A stretch of 64,000 nucleotides of DNA from Eledone cirrhosa. Lineage: Eukaryota. The DNA lies in assembly GCA_964016885.1 (NCBI GenBank), contig OZ024745.1, positions 29,202,001-29,266,000 on the forward strand, read 5' to 3'. A program made the translations under genes and the position numbers. Below, piece after piece: positions 50,646 through 64,000 of the stretch; position 1 is the first letter of the stretch; the number at the start of each line of letters is the position of its first letter. Below the pieces are notes generated by a model, which saw only the letters and a list, made by a program, of their open reading frames with translations, was not told the DNA's origin and ran no database searches.

Positions 50646-53533
50646 ACTCTTTATCCCAGTTATGGACCTTATTTACCCAAATAAAATAATTTCAACTTAC
50701 AGTTTAGTAAGCTGACAAACCCAATGTTAGATACATCTTGCTTTGACCACAATAAGAAAATTACTAAGCCTGCATTTTCTACTACATAGTTCATATTCAC
50801 CTACACCACATCATGTAACAGGTCATAACAACATACAATGCTTTACATTGCTTTGGATATTTTCACAATTGTGCTGTGTGGGAAAGATGATTTATTGATT
50901 GCAGAAAATTATTATATATGAAATTTAATTTTACAAATTTGTATAAAACTATGATCCTTTCAGGTTCAGTAATGTATCTTTTTGAGGTGTGAGTCCTTGG
51001 AGACTACCTAGTTGGCCTTAGAAATAGCACCAGCCCTGACTAGTCTATCAAACTGATCAATGTGAACACAGCATGGCTGAATAGTTAAGATATTTGCTTC
51101 ACCATCATAAGGTCCCAGGTTCAACCCCATTGTGTGGAATCTTAGGCAAGTATCATTTAGCGTAGTCTTGGGTATATCTATCTATATATATTTACTATAG
51201 AAATGGCTTCTACAGGACTAGAACTGTTTGAATAGCTAATTGTTGAAACGGAAAGAGCTCAGCTGTTGGATCCTGACTCTTTATTATATATGTGAGAGAG
51301 AGAGAGAGAGAGAGAGAGAACGTTTCAATCATGAGACTACGACCATGCTGGGGCACCGCCTAGTAGTGATTTTAGTTTATCATATCGATCCCAGTACTTA
51401 TTTTATCGATCTCTTTCTGTCGAACCGTTAGGTAATAGGACATAAACAAACACGGACACATACGTACATATGTACACACACATATATATATATGACGGGC
51501 TTCTGCATTGTTTACGTATACCAAATTCCACCCACAGGGCATTGGTTAGCTCGAAGTTATAGTAAAAGATGCTATTCCAAGGTATTGTTAGGTTGAGAGA
51601 GAGAGAGAGAAAGAGATTTATAAAGAATTGAGAGGTGTGTGACACGGAGACAGAGAAAGAAAGGGAGAGCAATAGGGAGAGAGGAGGAAAGGAGTAACAT
51701 AGAAATAAAGGCAAGAAGGAGAGTTATATTAAGAGAGAGAGAGAGGCAGAGAGTGAGTGTGTGTTATAACAACGAGAGGGATAATTAAGAGAGAGAAAGA
51801 AAGTGAATAATAACATGCAGAGGAGGAGAGTTATGTTAAGAGAGAGAAGTAGATAGAGAAGGAGGAGAGAGTGACACAGTAGAGAGAGTATGATATAGAT
51901 AAAGAGGGAGAGAGAGATGGGGAATTATATTAGAAGGGAGAGTGTGACATAGATAAAGAGAGAGGGAGGGGAAAGTTATATTAAGAGAGACAGAGTTAAT
52001 AAAGAGAGAAAAACCCATTTTTAAAGAGAAAAAGAGTGTGTGTTTGATATGTTTGTGTGTAGGTCGGGTCGCAATGGAGAAGATAAGTGTGGTGAGACAT
52101 ATAGACTGTTAGTTAGAAATGATAACAGTTGTAACTAACCTGGTTTGACAAATATATACACAAACATTTCACCAAGAACACGCAACCACACTAATACTAT
52201 ATATTTAAAGTCATTAGCTAATTAATTACCAGAGAAATAAGAATTATTGAAAGTCTATATCAGATGAATGGTTATTAACGACAATATGTGTGACAAAGAA
52301 TAACGAAGTTGAAAAGTTTTAATGAACGTGGCTTCCTAAAATATATACATAGACACTTCATCAGGTATATATATTATATATGTAAAATCATTAGTTTAAT
52401 CAGTTATTAGAGAAATCAGCATTATTAAAAGCTTATTTGAGATCCAAGTCGTGCCGAATGAATAAGAACTACTATAAGTGACGGATAAACTAAAACGTTT
52501 TAACTATCACAGCTTAACATATATATATATATATATATACACACACAAACATTTTACCAGGAGCACAGAAACTAAGTTTAAGAACTTGTGTAGCTGAGTC
52601 GTTAACTTTCCTCGTCACACATCAACCATTGTAATTAATTAGCTCCACCCTGAAAGTTTACTATTTTGGGTGGGTAAAACCCTCACAGTTCAGGGTGACG
52701 GGCTGCCCGCACCACCAACCACCTCTCTGATGGTGTGTGAATATGTCGAGATATTCTCTAGGAGTACTATTGGTCTGTCTTTTATCTCCTTCGATCGTCG
52801 CAACAATATCACATGGAGATTTAACTTCTGACATTTCCGGTGAGTTGCTTAATATTTCTTGCTCCTCCATAATTGCTCTTCTTTGCTTCTTTAGCATTCT
52901 CTCTCTGTTGCCTCTACCTCTCTTCCGTATATACCATATATGTGTGTGTGTGTCGCAAATGAAGTAATCAAGCTGAAATTACGAAGTCGCTGCCACATTT
53001 CTACTCGGAAAATAAAATTTAAACTCGACTTAAACGTATTGAGTGCTCTCTATTGTCGGAAATATTGCCCAGTAATCGAAGAATCGAACTTCATATTATT
53101 TATAGGAACCAACTGTTGTTACAGTTATTATCTGCGTTTGAGATTTCTCCATTTTCTAAGAATTTCAATCTACTCAACGCTCCGATAGTTTATTTGTGAA
53201 ATATATATTTTATGAATCGTACACTAGAAACATAACACGTTATAAAATTTCGATCAACAGGAAATTCGGTGTTTGTTATTTTTTTTAATATATGGAGCGA
53301 TTCTTTCCTTTGTTAACTCCCTCGTTAGAATGTCGGATAGAATGATTTGCGGTATTCATTTCGGTTGTGAGTTCAAATCCCGCCGACGTCAACTTTGTCT
53401 TTCATCCTTTCGAGTTCGATAAAAAAAATACCGATCCAGTACTGGGGTCTATCCTTCTTTCTCTCTTTCCCTTCAGAAGGAATCGGCTGAGTTTAGACCT
53501 GTCAAAACGGTGTCCCAATTCATATCTATCTAT

Positions 53534-53825
53534 CTAGGGCGGGTAAAATTCCCGAGATCCATGGACGAGTTCTCCAGCGATCTCGTCCCTCATTATCGCT
53601 GCCATGTCCTGCGTCTCCAACAGACCAGTGTCTGTCCTTAGGGCATCAACATACGTTAACCTTGGTCTTCCTCTTCCAGTGTGTCCATGCAGGGGCTCCC
53701 ACAGGAGCACTGAGTGCAGTGTCAACTCTGGATGTCGGTGAGCATGTCCAGCTAACCTCAGTCTCCTCTGTGTCACTTTTGGGGTATATTTTAGAACTGC
53801 ACAAATCTTTGAGGCATGTGCCATG
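53534..53825 (-). mobile_element. 3' end of a different RTE-like LINE
   Basis: RRLRLAGHAHRHPE..LLWEP.HG..GRGRPRLTYVD, followed by a short (TAGA) tail. Confidence 0.75.
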
Positions 53826-54308
53826 ACCCAGTATTTGATATTCTCTGAGTCTTAGAAGAATTTGTAATGTAATGGTTGTTTTGAACATTTTATGAGTATT
53901 TTAAGTCTTTTAACCATCAATTACTAAGTAAGCGCATGTAATATTTGACACAAAATGTAAACTTACAACATAGAAAAGCACCCGCTGGGGTTCACTGAGA
54001 ATTTTTTTCTTTTCTGTTTTTTTTTTTCGTGTGTTTTCAACTAATATGATCTCCGACATTCTCGCAATCGACTTGGGGCAACCCCCACTCCAATTCCGTT
54101 TCCTGAAAAAAAGAGAGTTAATTATGAGTGTGTTGGAGGTCATATTAGTTGAAAACACAAACAAATCTACAAAAGAAAAAAATATAACGAAGCCCAGCGA
54201 ATGATTTTCTATAAATTTACCGATTAAGTTTAGAACTGTACTAACAGAGGTCAACTTCGCGTTGAAGTACTCACTATACACACACACACATATATATATA
54301 CTTTACAA

Positions 54309-54516
54309 CAGGCATGTCAAACTGAGGGTCTCCCGACGTCCAATGGGTCACATATGTGTTGTCTGAGGGCCACACACAACTAACTGCGCACATTGCAACT
54401 AATTTTTTAAATTTCATATTACGAAGATAAAACATGCTCGCGCTGTAAAAAACTTTGTGCGGGCCGCAGGTGTGCTTGTAAAGGGCCGCCTGCGGGCCGC
54501 ATATTTGACATGTCTG
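54309..54516. mobile_element. hAT-type MITE
   Basis: TIRs CAGGCATGTCAAA / TTTGACATGTCTG. Imperfect 8-bp TSD CTTTACAA/CTTTAACA. Subterminal GGGCCGC repeats. Confidence 0.7.
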
Positions 54517-54839
54517 CTTTAACAAGATGGTTGCATCTCAACTTCGAGAATTATCATTTCCTGATTTTTTTTCTTACACATGGGTGGTACAAACATGACT
54601 CTTTAGCCTTGCTAAGGACCTACATGCTTTGCTTCATATGCTGCAGTGATGAACGTTACTCCGACTTTGGTTCCTTGTTTTGTTTTGGTGAACTTTCAAA
54701 TGGTGAAGTCGGAATCCACTGATAGAGGCACATTTTCTACACCCCTGCCAGGAAGAAATGCAAGAGAAACCATAATCGACAAATTTGTACATGGCTTCTC
54801 TAAAGACCAGCTTTTCTGAGGCAAACTGTGTGTGTCTCT

Positions 54840-56405
54840 CTCTCTCCCTCTCTCTCACATCTGCCTCTCTACATGGCTAGTATTGCCTTGACAAGCCACT
54901 CATCTGCTCATAGTTTTCTAAGAGCCTACCAGATAATGGAATGGGGAACTATGTAAAAAGCTTTCTCAAAGTAAACAAATGCCAAGTAGGGGGGTTTACT
55001 TTTAGCTAAGTACTTCTGTAGTTGCCTCATAAGGAAGAGGGCATCTGTGGTACTTTTACCTGGCACAAATCCAAACTGTATCTCATCTAGATTAACTTGG
55101 TTCTTAATCAACTGTGCTATAATACTTTCTGTGACCTTCATGACCTGGTCCATCAACTTGATGCCTCTATAGTTTTCTCTATCTAGTGAAACTCATTTGC
55201 CCTTGTAGCAGTTGATGATGATGCTGCTACGCCAGTCATTGGGTATGACACAATTTTGTATTACTTGGTTTACAATATGAGTAAAGGTGTGACACACCAT
55301 CCCAGAATCTCAGCAACTATCCCCGATGGACCGGCTGCTTTCCCCATCTTCATATCATTAATTGCCTTACTTACTACACTGCCACTGACTTGTATGACTG
55401 GACCCTCTGTTGGGTCCACTTGAGGTATATTATTTTCTTCCCATGCATTCTCTTCATTTGGTAATCTTTTATAATGTCACTTCCATGCTACTTTCTTTTC
55501 AGCTTCGGTGGGGGCTAGTGCGCCATTATCATCTTGGACACACTTCTCTTCAACATCACAATTTTCCCTGATACATTGCAAAACATGCTTACATTTTTTA
55601 TTTTTGTTTCCCTCCTTGCAAAGTATACTTGTCACCTAGCTTCCAGGTAGTGCACCCTGCAGCCTGCATTCTGCCATTTATTTCTATGCCTGTCTGTTGG
55701 TCTTAATTGTGTCCTCCACTTTACTGTTCCACCACCAAGTCACTCTCCTCTTCTCTGGAGCCCTGTTCCATCTAGCCAGAGATCTTGTTTGTCACTTTCT
55801 GGAACTCCCAACGCTCCTCTATACTGTATGTCTGTATGTCTCTATTTGTTCTTTCTTACTGTTGTAAGCATCAAGCAAAATACCTTTAACTTTGTTACTG
55901 GTTGAGGGTTTCTCCAACTTCCATAACCTTCTAGAAGTTGCCTTCTTCCTCCGAGTTTATTTAGCTCTAACTATGAAGTTGCTAACTACTAGGTTATGTT
56001 GGGAGGTGTATTCCTCACCAGAGAAGGATTTTGTGTTTACAACCATGACTCTATCTCCTCTTCTGGTGAGGATAAAATCTATCAGATTGGCATGCTCACC
56101 TGATCTATTGGTGATCAAGTGGTTGTCAGCTTTTTTGAAATTTATGTGGCATATAGATACATCATTGGCATCACGGAATTCTAGAAGCCTGAAATCTCCT
56201 TTTTTCGTGTGCCAAATCCATAACTTACATGGACCCCGTAGGAGCCATCACAGTGTTGTCCAATGTGTTCATTAAAGTCCCCTGCAATGATTAAAAAGTC
56301 ACTGTCGTTCGTTAGGGAAGTAATGTGCATTTCGGATTTTTGAAAGCTGTCTTTTATTTTGTCTGACAGTCCAGATTGAGGTGTTTATGCAGATATAATT
56401 GTTAG
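54840..56405 (-). mobile_element. Decayed RTE LINE endonuclease/RT region
   Basis: IQFGFVPGKSTTDALF, AFVYFEKAF, WWNS, GKAAGPSG, AGDFN, QIDFIL. Confidence 0.85.
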
Positions 56406-56654
56406 TGTGTATGTATATATACATACATGTACATACACACATATATAAGGGATTTATCGAAGGTTTTCTTGCGGGAAGGCAACATGATTCAAATCATTTA
56501 AGGTGGTTCCTTTCTAGGAAATAATTATAACTAGTCTGGCATTATGCCCTACCTGTAAGCACCCTGTCTCTTTGTCACTCTGTTTCTCTCTCGCTCTACC
56601 TACACCTCCAATTCTCCCTACCCTGTTCACAACTTTCTGGTGAACTACAACGCA

Positions 56655-58010
56655 TCAACACCACTAATTACACCACCACCACTAACAACACCAACAACAA
56701 TACCACTAACACCACCAATAACAATAATGGTACTAGTAACACCTCCACCACCTCCACCATCAACACCACCTCCACCACCAACATCACCTCCATCACCAAC
56801 ACCACTAATAACACTAACAACCCCACCACCACCACCAACACCACCTCCATCACCAACACCACTAATAACACTAACAACCCCACCACCATCACCACCACCA
56901 ACATCACCTCCATCACCAACACCACTAATAACACTAACAACCCCACCACCACCACCAACATCACCTCCATCACCAACACCACTAATAACACTAACAACCC
57001 CACCACCACCAACACCACCTCCATCACCAACACCACTAATAACACTAACAACCCCACCACCACCACCATCACCAACACCACTAATAACACTAACAACCCC
57101 ACCACCACCAACACCACCTCCATCACCAACACCACTAATAACACTAACAACCCCACCACCACCAACACCACTAATAACACTAACAACCCCACCACCACCA
57201 ACACCACCTCCATCACCAACACCACTAATAACACTAACAACCCCACCACCACCACCAACACCACTAATAACACTAACAACCCCACCACCACCAACACCAC
57301 TAATAACACTAACAACCCCACCACCACCACCACCACCAACACCACTAATAACACTAACAACCCCACCACCACCACCACCACCAACACCACTAATAACACT
57401 AACAACCCCACCACCACCAACACCACTAATAACACTACAACCCCACCACCAACACCACCTCCATCACCAACACCACTAATAACACTAACAACCCCACCAC
57501 CACCAACACCACTAATAACACTACAACCCCACCACCAACACCACCTCCATCACCAACACCACTAATAACACTAACAACGCCACCACCACCAACACCACTA
57601 ATAACACTAACAACCCCACCACCAACACCACCTCCAACACCACTAATAACACTAACAACCCCACCATCACCAACACCACTAATAACACTAACAACCCCAC
57701 CACCACCATCACCACCAACACCACCTCCATCACCAACACCACAAATAATACTAACAAGCCCCACCAACACCACTAATAACACTAACAACCCCCACCACCA
57801 ACACCACCTCCCATCACCAACACCACAAATAATACTAACAAGCCCCACCAACACCACCACCACCAACACCACTAATAACACTAACAACCCCACCACCAAC
57901 ACCACCTCCATCACCAACACCACAAATAACACTAACAACCCCACCACCACCACCACCACCAACACCACAAATAATACTAACAAGCCCCACCACCACCACC
58001 ACCACCACCT
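56655..58010. repeat. CCA-rich minisatellite with ACACCACTAATAACACTAACAACCC core
   Basis: Read directly. Variable unit of 30-50 bp. Confidence 0.93.
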
Positions 58011-58392
58011 TTAGCAGCTGTAAGATCTCACAGTTGATATCACACAAATTGAAACTATCATTATCTTCTATGATTATCTTCTCAATTGAATCCAGTGTAA
58101 CCTGGCTTTCTGGTTCTTCAGACACAGGTATGGGGTGAGGTGGGGTGGTGGTGTGTATAATAATCTGGAGAGAGAGAGAGTCAGCCAGGTACCTCCCCCC
58201 ATTCCAATGCTACGCTATTTTGTGCTGTTCTTTTAAGGCTATAACAGACCCATCTTATGCCCATCATCACAATTCCAACACTGACTGCCACACCCAATAC
58301 TTCTTCCCCAATGTAACCTGGCTTTCTGGTTCACAAGATGGTTGTGAACTGTGAGGGAAAAGTGGTTAGGTTAATAATTTGGGGGAGGGAGC

Positions 58393-58410
58393 AGAGAGAC
58401 AGACAGACGA

Positions 58411-58463
<53 letters not shown>

Positions 58464-58610
58464 GAGACGGACAGACAGAGACAGACACAGAGAGACAGAC
58501 AGACAAAGAGACAGGCAGAGACAGACAGACAGACAGAGAGACAGACAGACAAAGAGACAGGCAGAGACAGACATACATACAGAGACAGAGAGACAGAGAC
58601 AGAGACAGAC
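58393..58610. repeat. (GACA)n microsatellite abutting the Tx1 3' end
   Basis: Read directly. Confidence 0.93.
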
Positions 58611-58835
58611 AAATTTCTGTTTATTTGCCACTGGGGCACAAAAGAAAGGGACATGTACATGGGTGGGGGGAGTTTACATAAAAATCGAGTAAGAAAAATA
58701 TAACAAACAAAATAGTAACAAGAAGGTCCTCAATAGGGAGGGATCGTTTTGGGGTCACACACACCCCCGAAAAAAAATGTGCGACCCTTCTCCACGGGAG
58801 CACAAAGAGAGGGTGCTCCCTTCTTCTTGTTCCAC

Positions 58836-61800
58836 CTACAGGCTGAGGTAGAGAGAAGGCCCATTCACACGGGCCATTCTCGCAACTTTCACCCACCTTT
58901 CATAAAACTGGCTGGAGTGGAGCACCTCTCTCTCTATCCTGATCCTTCTTCCGAAATGGTATCGGAAGAAAAGGACCAGTTGTTGGCCGGAGAGAAAGGT
59001 GTCCGACCTCAGCCCTTTCAGACGCGTCCACCATATAACCTCTTTTACCATGGCTATTACACAGAGGAAGACCGCCTCTCCTTCATTTTTGAAGGGGGGA
59101 GGCGGCTTGATCGTTACAATGGACTCGGTGGTCAACCTAATTGGTCCCACCCGTGACAGCAGTCGTTCGACATAGCCCCACAGATCGGCAACGCCCGGGA
59201 AGTGCACCAATGCGTGCGCGACGATTTCCTCGTCGCGCACGCAACTGGGACAGATCTTTTTCGAGGGGTCCCTACCCGGACGCCCGTGTCTGTAGAGCTT
59301 ATCACGAACGGGCAGAGCCCCTCGGTAGCACTGCCAGGCCAAGGACTTCTGGAAGTTGTCCATAGGTGCCGGGCCGAAAGTCCTACCGCATAGACTGGCC
59401 AGTTCGTCCTCCTCCATGCCTAGGGTTTCTCCGAGGGCGTCGTCGCACCCGCTAACCACCAGCCCTCTATAGAATGACGAGGTGGAGTCTCCGTCGATAG
59501 CCGGGTCCGCCTGCCAGAGAGCCGTGAGCGCCTGGGCACACTCGGTGTGCCAGTCGCCCAGTTTTCTCGGTCTTTGCTTCACCCAAGACTGCAGCTCGGT
59601 GAGCGAGACGAGCCTCGGGAAGGCTCGCCTCACAAACGGGGCCCACACCGGTTGACCGGTGAGGAATACCTGGAGGTGCCTTAGCCTCAATGCGTATTTA
59701 CGCATTTTTAGCCACGGCATCCCCAGCCCTCCTTTCAAAGGGTGTTGACAGCAGATGGATCTCCTCACCAGAGGAGACCTCTTCTTCCAAAGGAAATAAA
59801 AGAGGGCGCGCTCCATTTTGGCGAGGATCTCACCCGGGCAAGGCACGACAGTCAAGCGGTAATAGATGACGGACGCTATGTAAGCGTTCGTCACCTCCGC
59901 CCGACCTTTCAGGGATAGTTTGCACTCGGCCCACTTCTGGGTCAGTGCAAACACCCTATTCATCACCTCACCCCAGTTTTTCTCCACCTGGAGGTCCGGT
60001 CCGAACCAGACCCCAAGCAACTTCACCGGGCTCTCCGTCCACCGTCCGACGATACCGTCGCACGAAATCGCTTTGCCCCTCCACTCGCCGAGTTGCAAAG
60101 CGACTGACTTGTCCCGGTTCAGCTTAGCCCCTGTCAACCTTTCGTACTCCTCCAGTAAGGTGCCGATTGCCTCGATTTCCGAGGTGGTCGACACCATTAC
60201 TGTTACGTCATCGGCGTAGGCCGACACCGCTTTGCGCAATCCCGGTTCCAAAGGGATGCCCTGCAACAACTCCAACTTCCGCAGTAGTGGCTCGAGAGCC
60301 AATACATACAGAAGGGAGGAGAGAGGGCACCCCTGTCGGATGGAGCGGGTGATTTCGAACGGCTCCGAAAGGTAGCCGTTCACCTTGACTCTAGAGCAGA
60401 TGCGGCTGCTGTGCATGGCAGTGATCCAGCCCCTGAAAACGTGTCCGAACCCAGCCGCCGCTAGCACCGCATCCAGGTAACCATGGTCCACCCTATCGAA
60501 CGCTTTAGACTGATCTAAATTTATCAGGGCCCCACCAAAGCCGGGTTCGTTCCCAACCCTCTCTATGATGTATCGCATGAGGTGGAGGTTGTCGTGGATG
60601 GACCTGGACGGGATAGCGCATGTCTGCGCATCTCCCACCAGGCCCCCCACGACAAGCGCCAACCTCTTCGCTAACACCTTGGCCAAAATCTTTAACTCTG
60701 CATTTAGCAGAGTTATGGGCCTAAAATTACTAATGTCATCCCCCTTGTTCTCGTCCTTCCTCACTAGCGAGACTACGCCCTTGGTCACAGAACAGGGAAT
60801 TCTCCCGTTCTGTTGCCAGTTGCAGTAGACCGCCTCGAGGAGATCGGGGAACAAGTCCGGCATATTAATATATAGTTCGTAGGGCAGACCATCGAGCCCT
60901 GGAGATTTGCGTTTGCCGCATAGGCTCAGCACGTCCCCTATTTCAGCAGCTGAGATCGGCCCGTCGCAGGACCTCGCCTCCTTGTCCGAAAGACGCGGCA
61001 GGCCGTCGAGGTATGGACCGAAATCCACATCCCCAACCGGCCTCCCCGCCCCTCCCGAACAATCGGGCAAAGTGCCTTTGAAAGGCCTCGCACATTTGCT
61101 TAGGTTCAAGGATCAACCGTCCATCCTGGTCTCGCAAAGACCGGATAGTGGATTTAATCCCACTTTTCGCTTCTGTCACGCGGGCCCAGCTAACAGCTTT
61201 GGTCCCCTCGTTTCCCAGAGCACGTATTTTGCTTCGGACAACGCAGCCTTCGTGTTTCGCGTCGAAGAACTGGTTCAAGGCCGTTCTCGACGCTTGCACT
61301 CTGGCCACGTTGCCGCTTCTCATTGCCTCTTCAACATTAACTACCAACTCCCTTTCCTTCCCATTTCTATCTGAGGCTAACTCCTTACTAACTCCTATTG
61401 AAACTACTCTAATCTCTCTTTTTAGAGAGCCCCACCACCTGCTGTTGACGATGGCGCCCGTCAACCGCTCCTTAACTAAGGTTCTAATCCGGTGCCTGTA
61501 AGCTCTACTTTCCGGTAAGGACAAGTTGAGCTTCCAGTAACCGGGTCCCTGCCTATGCGTTCTATCAAGGTGGACTACGCAGGTCACTAACTTGTGGTCT
61601 GAATAGCCCACCATGAGCATTTCTGGACAACTTAAAAAGTCCCTATCCTTAATTCTAACTAAGAACCTATCTAGGTACGATCTAGATTGACGACTGTTAT
61701 TTGACCAAGTCCAGGTTGGCACAGTCAGAAAATATAGTCGGTATCTATCGGCCAGGTCAAATCGGCCGATTAACCCCTTGAGGCTGTTACACCCCCCTCT

Positions 61801-62268
61801 ATCGGGACATGCCCCTACATAGTCCCAACGTGCATCTAGGATACCATTCCAGTCCCCCACTAAAAGCAAGGAGCGGGACGTCCCTAGAAAAGTCTCCAGA
61901 CGATGGAAGAAGTCTGACCGCATTGCCCCAAAAGGGGCGTATACGGCGACAAGCCTAAAAGCTTCACCATTGCCAAGGTCCAGAACCACGAGTCGACCCT
62001 CCGGGTCCAAGTGTACCGTCTGTGTAGCGAGACCCAGATGTTTTTGCAACAGAACGACAACCCCACCCCCACCCCCGGGCTGACAGAGAGATGCGTGCAT
62101 CTCAAAGTCATCAAAGGTGGGGGCTAGCTGTCGCATGCTGCTGATCCGGGCCTCGCAAATAACCATCACATTTATACATTGTGACCTGAGGTCATTTAGA
62201 AGTTTAGCTTGCTTCCAAGGTGAGCCCAGGCCACGCGCATTTAGACAACCCACTCTTAACACAGCCAT
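58836..62268 (-). pseudogene. Tx1 ORF2 (APE endonuclease + reverse transcriptase) with one frameshift near 61040-61055
   Basis: GCLNARGL, VGDWN, SYLDRF, YSDHK, GPGYWKLN in 60943..62268. KSPGLDG, FRPITLLN, DQSKAFDRV, RQGCPLS, AYADD in 58836..61109. The two frames overlap. Confidence 0.92.
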
Positions 62269-62291
62269 GTTGGTGGCAAAGAAAGAGGCAC

Positions 62292-63913
62292 TTACCTCTC
62301 TGCGTTCCGGTGTTCGGGCCGCTCAGTTTCCATGGGGCTGGTGGAGGGGTTGTTGGGTGGGGTGGTGGTTTGTGGTGGTGTGGGGGTATTAGTGTGTGGA
62401 GGGGTTGGGGTGTTTGGAGTTGTGTGGGTGTTTGAGGAGGGGAGGGGTAAACCTTTCAGGAGGACGCAGTCGAGTGACCTGGTGCAGGGTGGCCCCACGT
62501 CCTCAGGGTAAATGTTTTTCAAAGTTTTGAAAATGTCAAGTGGGACTTTCACCATTTTCAGGTTAGGGAGTCCCATTGCCGTTGCAAAATTCGGCCCTTC
62601 GGTTTGTACCGAAGGGTTGTTTTCTATTTTTTCCGTTAAGTTTTTATTGTTTTTGTTTATGTATGTGTAGAGTTTTTGTGTTGTTTGTTTTTGTTTATGT
62701 ATGTGTAGAGTTTTTGTGTTGTTTGTTTTTGCTTGTTGTTCTTGCGTGAGTTTGCGTTTTGTTGTTTGTGTTGTGTTGTCAGGTGGGGTTATTTTTGTTT
62801 GTGTGGTGTGTGTACGTTTTTTTCTTTTCACTTTTTGGAAGGGAGCCCCCTCGTCTTCCGACGATATGAGCTCCTCTTCCGTATTGGAGGGGAGGGGTAT
62901 ATTTCCGGGTTGTGTATGAACTGTGTGTGTTTTTGAATTTGTGTTCTGTGGGGAGGGGCTGGGTGGGACCGTGTTTTGGGTTGTTTTCTTGAGCTGTTGT
63001 TGATGTTGTTGTTGTGGTGGTGGTGGTGGAGGTGGTGTTGTTGGTTTTTGTTGTCGTTGTGGTGGTGATGGTAGTGTATTTTGTTGTTTTTATCGTGGTG
63101 GTTGTTTTTGTTGTTGTTGTGGTGTTTGTAGCAGTGGTTTTTTTTGTTGTTAGTAGAGGGCAGGCCGTCCTCAGGTGACCTCTGCCAGCGCAGTGGTAAC
63201 ATGAGGGTCTCCTGCCTTCCACCGTAATATTTATGAAGGTTCGCCCATCCAGTAGGACTCAGTCGGGTATTCCGGCGATTTTCTCAGGTGTCATCTGTAA
63301 GAGAACCTCCAGACTTTTCCCCCCGAACAGTCCACTGGTGGACTCCCCTGCTGAAATAAGGATGTCCTTTTCTAGGTCCGTAAATCCTGTTAGGACGGAC
63401 CAGATGTTTACTTCTGGCGTTGGGCTCCACATTCTTATTCTTTGTGTTCTTCTTCCTTTATATGTGGGGAAGAAGGTGTATTGTGGTGACACTATAGGTG
63501 CCACCGAACATTTTTGAGCCAGCATTTCGTCCTTCATTCGGACCATAATGCTGGCATACAGCTTTCCTCTTTCAATAAAGAGTATGTCCTTTTTAATGTC
63601 TTTCAGAACCAGCTCAATTTGACTTTCTGTCAATTGAGCTGGCTTTCTTGTTGCGTTGGATATAGTCCTGTAGGTTATGGTATTCCTATATACCTGTTGA
63701 CGAACTTCTTCTGGGGAGTTGATCGTAAAAGAACCATCCTCCCCAAAAGATACGTATTTTCTGGCATCTAGCAAGTTTTGCTTAGCGTTAGTAATATCTA
63801 TGGGCTTGTATTCGATAGCTTTCCTGACCGTTTGGGCAAAAGAAATTTTGTTGTCTTTGTTGCTTGTTGTTGTAATGTTGTTGGTTTCATTATTTGTGGT
63901 GTTATTTTTTTCT
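62292..63913 (-). pseudogene. Tx1 ORF1 (gag-like, zinc knuckle), disrupted
   Basis: ISFAQTVRK..; in-frame TGA at 63259-63261, then VEGRRPSCYHCAGRGHLRTAC (CX2CX4HX4C). Thr-rich tail with a frame change near 62800. Confidence 0.8.
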
Positions 63914-64000
63914 TAAAAATTTAGGTTTTCATTCGAATTAATATTCTTTTTTTTTCATTGGAGAGGAGGGGCTGTTCAACAGTTTGAATTGTTGTTCCCT

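Larger units (their letters stand above)
58612..64000 (-). mobile_element. Tx1-clade (L1 group) non-LTR retrotransposon, nearly full length; 5' end probably beyond the window
   Basis: ORF1 with CCHC knuckle, ORF2 with APE endonuclease, RT and C-terminal Cys/His region. 3' UTR ends GGCAAATAAACAGAAAT. Confidence 0.93.

Noticed and set aside
56640-57983. 279-aa Pro/Thr mucin- or extensin-like ORF
   Set aside because: Minisatellite translation. Open on both strands, broken by frame-shifting unit variants, with no signal peptide or splice context.
58012-58127. Possible internal exon ending ACAG|GTATGG
   Set aside because: Weak acceptor in a CCA repeat, no recognisable peptide, and part of it is duplicated at 58312-58332.
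59141-63916. Plus-strand ORFs inside the Tx1 element
   Set aside because: Antisense shadows of GC-rich ORF1/ORF2.

Overview
AT-rich, microsatellite-dense animal DNA. The SINE/LINE repertoire and the (TA)n/(CAT)n load look like a coleoid cephalopod (Octopus-like); this is an inference. One complete host gene is readable: a two-exon PLD6/MitoPLD/Zucchini homolog (7782-8199 + 10285-10583, +). A probable promoter near 21.2 kb and a signal-peptide first exon (23358-23526) suggest a second + strand gene whose first intron may span the rest of the window. The remainder is mostly repeats: two tRNA-derived SINE families, RTE-clade LINE fragments, a near-complete Tx1-clade LINE (58.6-64 kb, -) with three truncated relatives, Tc1/mariner and hAT pieces, a Penelope-like RT fragment, and micro/minisatellites, which account for most ORF-track entries. 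Two signals are not visible in the ORF track. (1) At least nine near-intact minimal type I hammerhead ribozyme motifs from several sequence families, on both strands, sit in (TA)n tracts inside direct and inverted duplications; several palindromes fold back at or next to the ribozyme stem II/GAAA. (2) All three Tx1 copies with an intact 3' end are inserted in TCTA/TCTG repeats, which suggests a microsatellite-targeting LINE. All coordinates were read by eye and repeat boundaries are approximate.
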